Positions 11,962 to 25,780 of a stretch of 64,000 bases of DNA are shown one piece after another (position 1 is the first letter of the stretch; every line of letters begins with the position of its first letter). The notes below the pieces were generated by a model, which was given only the letters and a program-made list of their open reading frames with translations, was not told the DNA's origin and did no database searches. The stretch spans positions 49,910,001 to 49,974,000 of the forward strand of contig OX597814.1 in NCBI GenBank assembly GCA_951406725.2, in the 5' to 3' direction. Origin of the DNA: Octopus vulgaris. Taxonomy: Eukaryota. The position numbers and the translations under genes were made by a program.

Positions 11962-12226
11962 TAAAACGGTAAGATAACAAAAGAAAGAAAGATACCTCAA
12001 TATTATGTAAATAGAGGAAATTTATCTATACAATAATATGTTACATTACTCGGTAGTCAAGATAAAACTCTGAGTTTCAGATGCCGAAGTGGAAATCCAC
12101 AACACCATCTCTTCGGTTATCTGGCCAGATAACCGAAGAGATGGTGTTGTGGATTTCCGCTTCGGCATCTGAAACTCAGAGTTTTATCTTGACTACCGAG
12201 TAATGTAACATATTATTGTATAGATA
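11958..12226. mobile_element. Penelope-like terminal remnant with 204-bp loopless palindrome and hammerhead motif
   Basis: 12023-12226 is a palindrome centred on ctgg|ccag with one mismatch; contains agataa-CCGAAGA-gatg..catc-t-GAAA-ctcagag-TT-ttatct; bracketed by (TA)n. Confidence 0.75.
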
Positions 12227-12248
12227 TATATAAATATATATATATATA

Positions 12249-13508
12249 CAAGCAGAGATACCCGGCGTTGCCCGTGTGACATACAATTGAAGAATTAGAC
12301 TTTTCTGTTATATTTTCTCTAATGAACTGGAATATCTATGTTTCGAATTTCATAAAAATTGCAGATGAGGGTTATTTCCCTCTTTACAGACCCCCCAAAA
12401 ATTGTAATCGTGCCACAAATATCCCATATTACTGATTTTTATGCGCATATTCCAAAATTCCAGTTTTATGGAACCTGTTAAAAAGATTTTGCTTCTGAAA
12501 AATGAAGGTCATAGAGCTCTAAAATGTGAGAGTTAAGGCCCCTATTGGGGGTGGGCATCTTAATATCAACCACAGAAGTTGAATTGTTGAGAATTTTAAT
12601 TACTTGGGTTTTATATCTATTGTTTGAATTTCTTTGAAATAGGAAATATATGTTCACTGGGTTTGTAAAAGAGAGCAAAGCTACAGGAAACCAAAAGACG
12701 AATGATCACAATAAGCAGTCAGCTACAGTACCCTAGACGTTACCATTCCCAATGTAGGATTCCTCACCATCCAGGTGACAGGCACAGCAGTAAGATGCAT
12801 TACGAATTTATAGCAATTGGAAGGGCGTGACCCAACTGAAATAAACATTAACAACTGTGTGACGTGAGGGCTAAGGAGAAATGAAAGTTGCAGTTTGCAA
12901 ATGACAACTATACTGATATGTAACTGGACAGAATAAATTTACAATGTATAAATGTCTTTGAATAACCAGTCACTCATCTGGGAAGGCCTTGAAATCAATG
13001 TTACCATGTGGGGACTATGTGTGACCGAGTGATAATAAAATGACTGAAAGGACGTCTGCAATCAAATAACTTTACTCAACACTTTGCAACTGAATCAGTG
13101 GAGGCAAAGATGCTTCTCATTTACTTGAAAATTTATGCAGCACATTGCAGAAATCACAATGTAAGTGTATGTCAAAGCAAACTGTTACAATGTTGTACCA
13201 TTGAATTAGAAATAATAATCAACTTTTATGCTCGGGTAACCCTACAGCTTTCAAGAGCACAACTGTATTCGTTTTTGCTTTGTTAAAATTACAAAATTGT
13301 GGGTGTTAAGTCCCCATGGAGGGGTCTTTATAACTTGTAAGAAGACGAAATTTTATAAATATTACTTCATTTATATATGAATTGTCATGGGGGTTATATG
13401 CATAGAATATAATTTCCAAATTTCATAAAGATCCATTCAGTACTTTTGACCTAGATTTGGATCAAAAAAGAAATGACTAAAATTTGGGAGTTAAGGCTCC
13501 CATTAGGG

Positions 13509-13510
<2 letters not shown>
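12249..13510 (+). mobile_element. Possible non-autonomous Helitron/Helentron-like element
   Basis: 5' acccggcgttgcccg hairpin-like start; internal aaatttcataaagatccattcagtac motif; three copies of a gttaagg/tcccc..ggg motif; no coding homology recognised. Confidence 0.4.
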
Positions 13511-13607
<97 letters not shown>

Positions 13608-13893
13608 TACACACACACACATACAAAGATAAATTGATTGATACAACTGATTGGGCAAACAAAAATATGAGACACAGCCTAATGCTTTTTTATGTTGATA
13701 AGCTTGGTACTTATTGTATTAGTTTGTTCTTGTGAAACCAGTAAGTTAAGTGGATGTAAATAAATGAACAGCAGTTGTGAAGCAGTGATGAGGGCGAAAC
13801 ACAGAAACAAAGACACACACATACACTTACATATATAGATACATATATATACGATTGATTTGTTTCAGTTCCTGTCTACGAAATCCATATATA

Positions 13894-16602
13894 TTGTTGC
13901 AGGCATCCTTTTTGTCTCGGGAGACAATGGAGTTGCGCATAAAATAATCTAGACCGGCTTTTACATTTCATGTCCTAATACATCTCCTGCTGTGGCTGTG
14001 TAGTCCTATCCTGGACAAACACTCCCTCTAGCAGGTGCCGCAAATGTAGCGAAGACTTTGCCTGGCTGGTTGTAATGTCATACTTTCTTGTTGACGTCTT
14101 TTCTTGTCTTTCCATTTCTCCTCTCTCTCTATGTCACTTCTTTGTGTTCCCCCTTTTACGGTACGTCGCCACACTCCTCGGTTGCTGGCAACTACTTCCC
14201 AGTTGGTAATATTGATGTTGCAGGCATTCATGTCCCTTTTGCAAACATCCTTGTAACGTAAGAATGGTCTTCCCACAGACCTAGTGCCCCTCGGAAGCTC
14301 TCCGTAGAGTATGTCCTTGGGGATTCTGCCATCTTCCATACGGCTAACATGTCCAAGCCATCTCATACGTCTTTGTGTGAGGAGTGCAACATGCTTGGTA
14401 TTCCTACTTGCTTGAGGACATCTTTGTTGCGGACATGATTCTGCCATTTGATGCGAAGGATTTCCCGGAGGCAGCGCAGGTGAAAGATATTTAGGCGACG
14501 CTCTTGGCGTGTGTATGGCGTCCAAGTCTCACTTCCATACAGTAGAGTGCTAAGTACACATGCCTGGTAAATCTTAATTTTTGTGGTCTTGGTCAGCTTA
14601 TTGTTGTCCCATGCCCGTTTGGATAGTTGGGCCATCACAGCAGCTGCCTTGCCAATGCGTATATTGAGCTCAGCATCAAGGGATATGTTGTAGGTGACGG
14701 TAAAGCTAAGATAGGTAAACTTCTCCACCTCTTGTAGTCTGTAGTCTCCAATATGTATGTTTCGAATGTCCGATGTATCCTGACCCATGATATTGGTCCT
14801 CTTGAGGCTGATAACTAAGCCAAAGTCGCTACATGCTTACTCAAAACAGTTGATGAGCCTTTGTAGGGCTTTTTCTGTGTGTGATACCAGAGCGGCATCA
14901 TTAGCAAATAGCACCTCCTTGATCAGGACGCTTCTGATTTTGGTCTTGACACGCAGACACGAGAGATTGAACAGTTTCCTGTCACTTCTACTGTGCAGAA
15001 ACACTCCATCATCTGATGTCTGAAAGGCATATGACAGCAGCAGCGAGAAGAAGATGCCAAATAATGTAGGGGCAAGGGCACAACCTTGCTTTACCCCGTT
15101 TTTTATTTGGAAGGCCGTTGATGTTAAACCATTGTGCTGTATGGTGCCTTGCATATCATCATAGAAAGATTTGATGATCCTCAGCAGCTTTGGTGGACAT
15201 CCGATTTTTTTGGAGCCGGATGAAGAGGCCTTTTCTACTTACCAAGTTAAAGGCCTTTGTCAGATCAATGAAGGCCATATATAATGGCATTTTTTGCTCT
15301 CTGGACTTCTCCTGAAGTTGGCGTATGGACAATATCATGTCAATAGTTGATCTGCTTCTTTTAAAGCCACACTGCGATTCTGGATAAATTCGAGAAGCAA
15401 GCAGTTGTAGCCTGGACAGGATAACGCGAGCAAAGGCCTTTCCAACAGTACTTAGAAGAGATATTCCACGGTAATTGTTACAATCACCACGTTCACCGTT
15501 GTTTTTGTAAAGCGCAATGATGTTAGCATCCCGCATATCCTGAGGGACTGTACCCTCTCCCCAGCACTGACACAGAAGCTCATGAATGTGCCGAAGCAGG
15601 ATAGTGTTTTTGCCGGTTTTGATGATCTCTAAGGAGATGACGTCTTTTCCCGGAGCCTTGTTACTTGCTAGGGAGTCAATAGCTTTGGTGAGCTCTGCTA
15701 TAGATGGCAGACTGTCAAGTTCACACATGACTGGCAAGATCTTGACACCCTCGATTGCAGCCTCAGCTACCGTGGTCTCCTATGAGTAGAGATCCTGGTA
15801 GTACTCCACCCATCTATCCATTTGCTTGCTTTGGTCCTTGATGAGATCTCCAGTAGTTGATTTCAGAGGGGCTGACTTGGTTGCGGGTGGACCGAGGGCC
15901 TTCTTCAAACCGGCACACATCCCATGGAGCTGACTGGATACTCTGACAGATTTCCTGCCAATACCTATTTGCACAGCATCTGGCAGTCAGTTGGGTTTTA
16001 TTTCTTGCCTTTCTGAGTTCTTCGAGTGACTTTGTAGAAGAATCACTCTTGTATTGCATCAGAGCTGCACGCTTTGCTTCGATAACTGTTTCCAGTTCTG
16101 AGCGCCCAGCACTGAACCAATCTGGGTTTTGCCTTTCTCTCATGCCGAAAGTATCTATTGATGTGGTATACAAAGCTTCCCTGATATAATTCCACCTACT
16201 TTCAGCAGAGGAGGTTGGGCAGCTACTGAGGGCAACCTTGATGGAAACAACAAAACATTTTCGCACTGTAGGGTCCGATGTTCTGGCAGTGTTAATGCGT
16301 AGTCGGCCCATTTTCTTGGAGTAATGGACTTTGTTAGGCAGAATCCTCACCCTGCTTCTTATTAGTGAATGATGTATGTCACAATCCGCACTGTGGTAAC
16401 TACGGGTCAGTTGAACAGAAATCAGAAAGGATATTCGTGTAATGATGAGATCCAGCTGATGCCAGTGGTGAGATATTGGATGTCTCCAAGATGCCTTGTG
16501 GGATGTCTTGTTGGCAAAGAATGTTTTGGTGATGCACGGGTTATGGTATGTGCAAAATTCAAGTAGTCTCTGACCATTGTCATTCATGTTGCCAATACCA
16601 AA
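13894..16602 (-). mobile_element. RTE-clade (BovB-like) LINE, 5'-truncated, frameshifted
   Basis: APE C-terminus (NDNGQRLLEFC, HWHQLDLII, SADCDIHH); RT motifs (NYRGISLLS, FIDLTKAF, GVKQGCALAPTLF, LFANDAAL); C-terminal WLGHVSRMEDGRIPKDILYGEL and C2H2 finger; 3' ccattgtctcccgagaca..ggatgcc end. Confidence 0.97.
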
Positions 16603-16662
16603 ACACATACACTTACATATATACATATATATACGATTGATTTATTTCAGTTCCTGCCTACG

Positions 16663-16752
<90 letters not shown>

Positions 16753-16839
16753 ACACACACACACACAAAGATAAATTGACAGATACAACTGAGTGCGCAA
16801 ATAAACATATGAGACACTGCCTAGTGTTTTATTTTTATA

Positions 16840-17145
16840 TTTTGATAAGCCTGATACTTATTCTATCAGTTTCTTCTTGTGAAACCAGTAAGTTATGGGG
16901 ATGTAAATAAACGAACGCCAGTTGTGAAGCAGTGATGAGGGAGAAACACAAGGACACACACACATAGACTTACATATATACATACATATACATACAATTG
17001 ATTTCTACAAAATCCACTGACAAGGCTTTGGTTGGTCTGAGGCTTTAACAGAAGACACGTGCCAAGTTACCACACAGTGGGACTGAACTGAGGACCATGT
17101 GTTTTGGAACCAAGTTTGTTACCACACAGCTAAACCTGCACCTAT
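16840..17145 (-). mobile_element. Degenerate SINE family A (part of an older ~270-bp duplication of 13610-13885)
   Basis: aaatccactgacaaggctttggttgg...accacacagc; upstream flank aaagataaattga...tatgagacac repeated at 13625. Confidence 0.75.
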
Positions 17146-17330
17146 GTATGTGTGTAGGTGTGGGTGTATGTGTGTGTATGTGTGTATATATGTATGCATG
17201 TATATATGTATATATATATATATGTGTATATATTACATGTACATCTATATATATACATCTAGACATACATGTATATCCATAGAAATACATCTATACATAT
17301 ACAGCTATACATATACATGTATATTATACA

Positions 17331-17705
<375 letters not shown>

Positions 17706-17799
17706 CATATATATATATACATCCATATACATACAATAGAGAGCTGTTTTATTTCACTTTTAACACGTAATACTGAAATAGTGGAGAAGATATGATATT

Positions 17800-17963
17800 G
17801 CTGTTGGCCCGCCCTAGGTAATAATTAAAATGACACTCCATGGACCCTAAGTAAGGCATGTGTAAAATTTGAATGAAATTGGTTGTGTAGTTCTCAAGTT
17901 TTAGGGAAATACACAGACAGACAGACAGACAGACACACATTCTCAGTTTTATATATATAGAGA
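17800..17963 (+). mobile_element. Helitron/Helentron-like end with (GACA)n
   Basis: aaaatttgaatgaaattggttgtgtagttctcaagttttag-(acag)n-ttctcagttttatatatatag resembles HINE/DINE-type ends (recalled). Confidence 0.5.
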
Positions 17964-17975
17964 TGTATGTATATA

Positions 17976-18037
<62 letters not shown>

Positions 18038-18066
18038 ATATGTATGTATATATATATATATATATG

Positions 18067-18193
<127 letters not shown>

Positions 18194-18399
18194 AGAGTAA
18201 GCACATAAATATGAAACAAGGTGTAAAAATTCTCAACCAAAACTGTCCGACGAACGAAGTAACAGTTTTTGTGATGTTTTAGCTGCTTTATTAATACATA
18301 CATATTACTTTATTGCCCAGACTGTCGGATGTAGTCATACATCGCTGGCTACAATGCTATTACTTGCATTGATGTAATTTGCAAATGATGTCACTCCTC

Positions 18400-18600
18400 T
18401 AGCTGGGCGGGTTGGCCGTTATTTCCCTGAACGGAACGCCAGTCCGTCGCAGCGTAATCCATTTACTACTGAGTAGACTTGAGCAACGTGAAATGAAGTC
18501 TTTTGCTCAAGAACACAACGTGTCGCCGGTGTGGGATTCGAAAACGTGATATTGTGATCATGATTACAATACCCTTTCTACTAGGCAACGCGTCTTCACA
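18400..18600 (-). mobile_element. Degenerate tRNA-SINE head and core
   Basis: gagcaacgtgaaatgaagtcttttgctcaagaacacaacg...gggattcgaa matches the 54620-54690 segment. Confidence 0.65.
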
Positions 18601-18639
18601 CACACACACACCCCAGGACACTATTATGCATATATACAT

Positions 18640-18701
<62 letters not shown>

Positions 18702-18702
18702 G

Positions 18703-18778
<76 letters not shown>

Positions 18779-18829
18779 CTTTTCTACTCGCTTCAGCCAT
18801 GCGGCTGCGGTCATGCTGGAGCACCACCG

Positions 18830-19476
18830 TGGTCTTTCTGATTACCGCAGTCTGGGGTGTTTCACATCATCACTTCTGTATGTGCATTTGTCCCAGCAGA
18901 TGGCCCTTTGGTGTATAAAGGAGTTTGATTCCGCTGCCCTCGTCTGCACCTCACGTTGGGCCGTTGATTCATCCGGTATTGTGGAGAGGAGGATGTCTAG
19001 TTTCTTTTTGAAGACGTCTAGTTCCTTTTTGAAGATATCTACTCCACCTTATGCAGCTTTCTTAATTTTTTTGGCAGGGCATTGAAGAACTGTGGGTCTT
19101 TGAGCCCTAGACTATTGAAGCACTTGGTCCCGAATGTTGATGGAGTGGATGATACCTTTAGTACAATACAATGGTGGCCAGTTCTGGAATTTGTATAACA
19201 CGTAATGCCGAAATTACGTACTGGCCCTTCTAGAGTTTTCCATATGTAGATTATTACATGTTGTAGCGCCTTCGCTCCAGGGAGTAAAGTTGCAGTTTTC
19301 TCAGCCTATCCCTGTAGCTCATCCGCTGCACTGCTTCAATCCTTTTAGTGTAGTGGCATTGGACTGCTTCAAACTCCGACACTATGTATGTGGTGACCAT
19401 AACTGGGAGCAGTAGTCCAGGCGGCTGAGAGCAAACGTTCTCCACAGGGTCAGCATAGTTTCTTGGTCTCTTGTCT
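18830..19476 (-). mobile_element. CR1/L2-group LINE 3' fragment
   Basis: MSYRDRLRKLQLYSLERRR...IWKTLEGPVRNFGI...VFKKKLDILLSTIPDE...AAESNSFIHQ, typical post-RT C-terminus. Confidence 0.8.
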
Positions 19477-19494
19477 TATATATATATATATATA

Positions 19495-19568
19495 TTCTTA
19501 CCGATGAATTCTCCCTGAGCAAATAAATTATCTTTATTGCTGAAAAGAACGAAACTGCAGTCTAAGAG
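19495..19568 (+). ncRNA. Putative type I hammerhead ribozyme at the start of a (TA)n-bracketed cassette (19495-19730)
   Basis: tctta-CCGATGA-a ttct..agcaa..ttgct..agaa c-GAAA-ctgcag-TC-taaga: stem I tctta/taaga, palindromic stem III, GUC cleavage triplet. Confidence 0.65.
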
Positions 19569-19759
19569 GAACCGAGTTAGTAAATGTTTTTATCTTCATT
19601 TCACTAAATTTATCTAGCTTCTGTGTTTCAAGCACATATTTCGCCTTAATGTACTGATATATGAAAAATATATGGCTTGTGCTAGAAATACCAGCGATAA
19701 TAATTAATTTTATCGCAATTTGACTTGTTTATATATATATATATATATATATATACTCT

Positions 19760-20493
19760 TCTCTCTTTCTCTCTTCTCTCTTTCTCTCTTCTCTCTTACT
19801 CTTTCACTCTCACTTTCTCTCTTCTCTCTTACTTTCTCTCCTCAGAGACCCACCTTCCCCTTCAGCCTTCATCGTCAACCCTCCCCACAAGCCCACCCAC
19901 CCCTACACATTCCTACTCCACCTTCCCTATCCTTCCCATCCCCCAATCCCATCCCCTACCTTCCCTATCCTTCCCATCCCCATCCTATCTCTTACACCCT
20001 CTCCCACATACCCCACCTCTACCCCCACCCGTGCTTTCCACACTCTCGCATCCCCCACCTCCCCACCTTCCAACAACATCACAACACACCACCCACACAC
20101 CAGCATTGACCAATTCCCATCCCCACATTTTCACACCTACACATACATACACGCACACGTCAAGACCACCAGCCCCCTTTCACACGCACATAGTATTATC
20201 TTACACACACACGCACCTTCGTGTTGGGGGTCATCTTTACTTTGTTATCTCCCCTACTTCTTCGCTCTCCTGTGTGACCCTTCTGTCCGGCAGTCGCCAT
20301 GATAGATCGGTAGCCACTACACACATTTTTCTCTCTCCCTGTTTCTCTCCTTGTTTTTTTCTGTGTCCCTTTCTGTAGAAGAGCGTAGGCTCGAAACGTA
20401 AAAGACTTTTTCAATTCCTGAGCGTTATACTAATACATTTGTTTGTTTTGTACACCACCTGTCTACGTCTTTTGTGTTTTTCGCGAACTCTCC

Positions 20494-20497
<4 letters not shown>
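19760..20497 (+). mobile_element. Penelope-like 3' region: C-rich tract then terminal repeat with hammerhead motif (20368-20405)
   Basis: cttt-CTGTAGA-a-gagc gtag gctc-GAAA-cg-TA-aaag; terminal ~130 bp homologous to the reverse complement of 63729-63855; bracketed by (TA)n. Confidence 0.7.
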
Positions 20498-20554
<57 letters not shown>

Positions 20555-20824
20555 CATATATATGTATGCATCTTTAAACATATAAACTTGTAAGTGTAAA
20601 TATATACATATAAACATGTAAGTGTAAATATATACATATAATTTATATGAAGGCTTACCATGTATGTTTGTGTATACGGATACCTGTGTGCGTATGAATG
20701 TTTGTGTATGAGCATGGAATTTTATGTCTCAGCAATTATTTGGCAAATGACTTGAAATATTTTATAACGTGAAGCTGAAAAGAACGTGTATGCGTGGGAA
20801 AGTGTGGAAGTGATTGTGTTTGTG

Positions 20825-21020
20825 ATTAGCATGCAGGGCATAGTACTAAGCGATATTTCGTCTGTCTTTACGTTTTAAGTTCAAATTCCACCGGAGTCGA
20901 CTTTGCCTCTTCCCCTTTTCGGTGTCGATAAAATAAGTACCAGTCGAACGCTAGCGTTGGTGTAATCGATTTAATCTTGCCCCCGAAATTATTGACCTTA
21001 TACTAAAATATGAAACCAAT
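20825..21020 (+). mobile_element. SINE family B, degenerate
   Basis: atttcgtctgtctttacgttttaagttcaaattccaccggagtcgactttgcc...gtcgataaaataagtaccag. Confidence 0.82.
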
Positions 21021-23759
21021 ATTTCTAGTTCAGCTATCATTCAATGGGCTTCTAGCACAGTCCGTAATATCCTGCAGGGTTGGTCTTGATAGAAAAACAA
21101 AGCCAGTACAGTGATCTGGAACCTATAGACCATAGTCTGCCTTAGTAATGATACAGCACAATCAAGTGAAAGCGAAAGACGAACGAATCATTCTTCGTTA
21201 AAAAACGACAACATAATACCCATTGTTTAATGCAGGCAATTGCAGCTGTCATTGGTTTAATTTTATAGATGAGAGGCGTAAAAACAAAAAGCTTAATTTC
21301 ATGTGCCTCCCCGGCCATCATCCAGCCTCACCAAACAAAAAGCAAATGAAGATTTCGTAGTAATATCAACGCTGGTTGGCATCGCTGGAGAAGTACTGCA
21401 ATTGTTATGACTTTTCTCTCTACATTTGATAATAGGATTGACTCCACCAGTTCATGCTGCATGTAGAATGTTCTAAGAACTTCCTTAACACATACACACA
21501 ACAGTATGAATGCAAATATATAAATATTATATAAGCATAGTTTTCATATATAAGGGACGAGAGCACTCAATATAGCAAAATAATACAGCAAAATCAGTGC
21601 ACTGTTTCCTGGGACCCAAGCAAGCGAAGGAACCACCAGCTTTATTGCCATAACAGCTAAAACTAGTTCAAAATGGTTGTCATTGACAAGAGACTGCAGA
21701 CGGATCACTTCTACAGGCGAAGGTTAATTTAGTCCTAGCTGTTACACCCTGGCAAAGCATGCAGGCTAAAAAATAAAACTCTCCTGATTTTGAGATTACT
21801 GAATATACGGAAGTGTTTCCAACATTACGATATAGCTTTAGTCACCAACGGAAAAAATCAGTATCTTAGAGTAACTTCTGCAGTTTCTGTGTGAGGTAAA
21901 GCATCTGTGAGAGGTAAAGATGTATATGTGTATGCATATAAGCTCAGATGCTCAAGTTGTATGTATATGTGTATGTTTGCACATATCAATATATGTATTA
22001 GCATAGGATCCATTCTTTTTTTACGAAAGATTTGATCACCTTTTTTCCCCGTTCATTTTCAATATGTTCTCATAGTTACCTTATCAAATGTCCATACTGT
22101 TTCACATATTAAAGTGAATTTATAAACAATGAACGATAATTGCATGTCTTACACTAGTTGACAATAGAGATTCTTCTGCATTAATTCTAACATACTTACT
22201 CATCGTCTTTGTTTTCTTCTGACTTATCAATACCTGACTTTTTGTCACTTTTTCTCTTTGACAACTGGTTGGTTTGTTTGTGTATCTGCTTGTCAGTAAC
22301 TCTCTCTCTCTCTTTCTTTCCCTACCTCTCTTTCTCTTTCTCTCTCTCTCGTTCTCTCTCTCTTTCTTTCCCCCTCTCTCTTTCTCCCTCTCTATGTCTA
22401 TACTCACATACTTGTGTTTGTTAGAGCATAACTAAATGCATGTACACGAGAGCTTATTTTTGAAGTTGACTATTGAATGACATTAAGACTGCTGGATAGG
22501 AAAATGCAACAATTGTAAACTTTTGTATTACACATTTCGAAATATTGAGTATTAGTTAAAATAGTTTGAAGACATTTGCATTGTAGGACCTTTAAAATAT
22601 ATGTCATTTTTTCACTAATCACTATGTTCACAATACTTAACTCCGGTATCTGCAGCTTCAGCTGATTAAACAGCAAAAAATCGCTTTGTGGAGGATGCTA
22701 GCCTATTCGCCTGTAGCTTTCCCTAGAAATCATCTCTAATACATTCTCTAGCAAGGTAAATGTACAACATACGTAATTACGAATGTTGTCCACAGGCGCC
22801 ATAAAAGTCTTACATTGAAATGATGAAGTCATGCTTCATTAGCCGTCCTCTTTCTGTTAAGGTAGTTCTGTAACATGAAAATAAATGACTTCATTAAATA
22901 TCGATGGATTCTTTATGGGAAGGTGTGATGGTAGTGGTGGTGCGACTTGAAGTGTAGGCAGTTCTGATCACGTTTTATGACTGGTAATCTTCTGTATTGT
23001 CTCAGATGTGATGAAAGGCAAAGTTGCTTTCATTAGTGGTCGAAACGTAGACAGGTGACGCAGAATAGTACATATAGTCATGTAGATACCAACTAGTTGT
23101 AACCTGTACGGTATGCACCGAATATCTTTAGATATTGATTTTGATGGTGGTTCTGGGAAAAAAAGAAAGAAAAAAGAAAAATGAGGACTGTACGCGCATA
23201 GTTCGTTGTTTAGTATATTGGAAGTTGCTTTCATATCGAGCCTCCGGGTATGAAACGTTCCATCGCACACGTCATTACAATATATATTTTGCTTTACATT
23301 CACACACACACACACACACAAAATATATATACACAAATACACAGAAATACGCAGATCACTGATGTTTTATTCGAGTTTAAATTTATTCGTTAAGATATAT
23401 GTGCTCTTATGGCCTCGAAAATATTTATGCCCTAGTTAATTTGCATAAATGAAATGAATATGAGCTAACTCTGAGTGACCACTGTCATGTGTTTGCACAA
23501 CAAAGACAAATAAGGATATATTAAATACCATACAATTCATGATTTGGTGACAGTTTCTCAACTCCCAAATATAAGTTGGCTCCAGTAGCCAAGAAACAAT
23601 TGATCTACCCTCTCTGAAAGTGAGGATTGTTTCAATAGACCAATATTTCATCTTGTACGATATTTCATATACACTTATTCATCTCAGTTGCTCAAATAAA
23701 TGTCACCGACAAATTTAAATTAGCTTAGTTCATTTTCTGCTCCCATTTAGCTTTATATA

Positions 23760-23837
<78 letters not shown>

Positions 23838-23842
<5 letters not shown>

Positions 23843-24058
23843 CAAATGAAAGACGAAAGATGGAATATACGAGAATATAGTATTAAGCACTCCTCTTGTG
23901 GGACACACAAAACTGGCTCGGAAGTGTCCGGTGGTGCAGACGTATCTCATCGGCTGATAAATAAATAAAAAAGAAAACTCTTTAAAAGAGGAGTCGATGC
24001 TAGATGTGTCGAAACAATTGTTGGCATTCATAATATATTCTCGTATATTCCATATGTA
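23838..24058. mobile_element. (TA)n-bracketed cassette with 20-bp subterminal inverted repeats and a degenerate hammerhead 3' half
   Basis: atggaatatacgagaatata (23860-23879) / tatattctcgtatattccat (24033-24052); gtc-GAAA-caattg-TT motif. Confidence 0.55.
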
Positions 24059-24113
<55 letters not shown>

Positions 24114-24904
24114 GTATATATATATGTATGTACACGTATACACACATACACGACGTGCGTTTGTATAGTTTCTGACAGCCAATTTCACGCTGACAATGTG
24201 TATGAATCAAAGTGCTGCGCAGTGAGATCAAATCTAGACCTATGCAACTGCAAGTCGAATTTATTGACTGCACAGTCATTTAGATTTACAAGAGAACTGA
24301 ACTGAAGACTAAAAAAATAACTACAATCGCGTTTAAAACGGGAACCAGCCGCATATTAGATCGGGCTTATCATATTACAATCCTCGAATTCTGGTTCTAG
24401 TATGTCTACTCGAACATTTTGTTAGATCTAATTCAAAATATAGTTTCCTAGTTACAACAAAATTGATGAATCAAGTAAAAGAATAGTAAGCTTTTGTTTT
24501 ATTGGATCGTAGAATTGTAGGGAGAACTTTCTTTTTGAATGTGAACGGAATCAGTAAAACTACAGTGGAAGGAAAAGATAATAGTAAGCGTGGAATACAA
24601 GATATACATGAATTTATGAATAAATTTAGCTTCAGTTATATAGCAAAACAACCAAGGACACGAAAAGCCAAAGACCATCTGTGACTCAGTAAATCACTTC
24701 GATATAGTCATTCCCCTTTCATACACAAATACCAAAACACAAACTTATGCAAACAGAACTATCTCCTCCTCCGCCTGTATGTATACATATGTACATAAAG
24801 GCGCGTCCACAAATTTCTGATTATTTTTTTCCCCTCAGGGTTTTCGCTTTCTTTATCTGCATCGTTATCATACTGCAACATTCTGTCGCTCTGTATATGC
24901 AATA

Positions 24905-24987
24905 TATGCACACACACACACACACACACACGCACACACACACACGCACACACATACACACATACACACACACACGCGCGCACACAC

Positions 24988-25032
<45 letters not shown>

Positions 25033-25780
25033 GTATAGACAAAAATATATACGTACATACAAATACATCCGTTCATACATGCATATATAAACTCACCTAC
25101 ATGCACGTATTTTGTATCGCACATCAACGCGTGTCTTCGTCACTGTATTTCCTTCTTCCATTTCTTCTTACCTCCATACATATGGAAAACACGCACGCGC
25201 GCGCCCCCGCTCGCACGCACACACACACACACACACACTATTATCACCACCATGGATATAATAACTAAACCTATATGTTTTATACTACCCTAAAATATAC
25301 CTTACATTTCAGTGGATTAAATGTATGTATGTATGTATGTATGTATGTATGTATGTATGTTTATGTTTTCCAGTTTCAGCTTTTGAGCTGTGGCCATGCT
25401 GGGGCACCGCCATTTACATGTATGTATGTATGTATGCATGCATGTATGTATGTATGTATGTATGTATGTATGTATGTATGTATGTATGTATGCATGTATG
25501 TATGTATGTATGCATGCATGCATGTATGTATGTATGTATGTATGTATGTATGCATGTATGTATGTATGTATGTATGCATGTGTGTGTGTATGTATGTATA
25601 TATGTATTTATCTATCTATCAATCTATCTACATCTATCTGTCTATCTCTTTCTTATATATATATGTGTGTGTGTGTCTGTGTGTGTGTGTGTGCACGCGT
25701 GTAATATGTGTGTATACGCGTGTATATGTGCCTGAGTGTGTGTGTGCGCGAGTGCACGCACACACACACACATACATCAC
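24905..25780. repeat. (AC)n and (ATGT)n microsatellites
   Basis: Directly visible. Confidence 0.93.

Noticed and set aside
7214-11972. Numerous YI/HT/CV/MYVC-rich ORFs (also 17000-18800, 24700-25800, 50800-52200)
   Set aside because: Stop-free microsatellites, not genes.
21040-21760. Possible very old LINE endonuclease/RT debris
   Set aside because: No motif could be read with confidence.
22995-23056. Hairpin followed by gaaacgta, hammerhead-like (similar at 49400-49510)
   Set aside because: CUGANGA core not recoverable; too degenerate to call.
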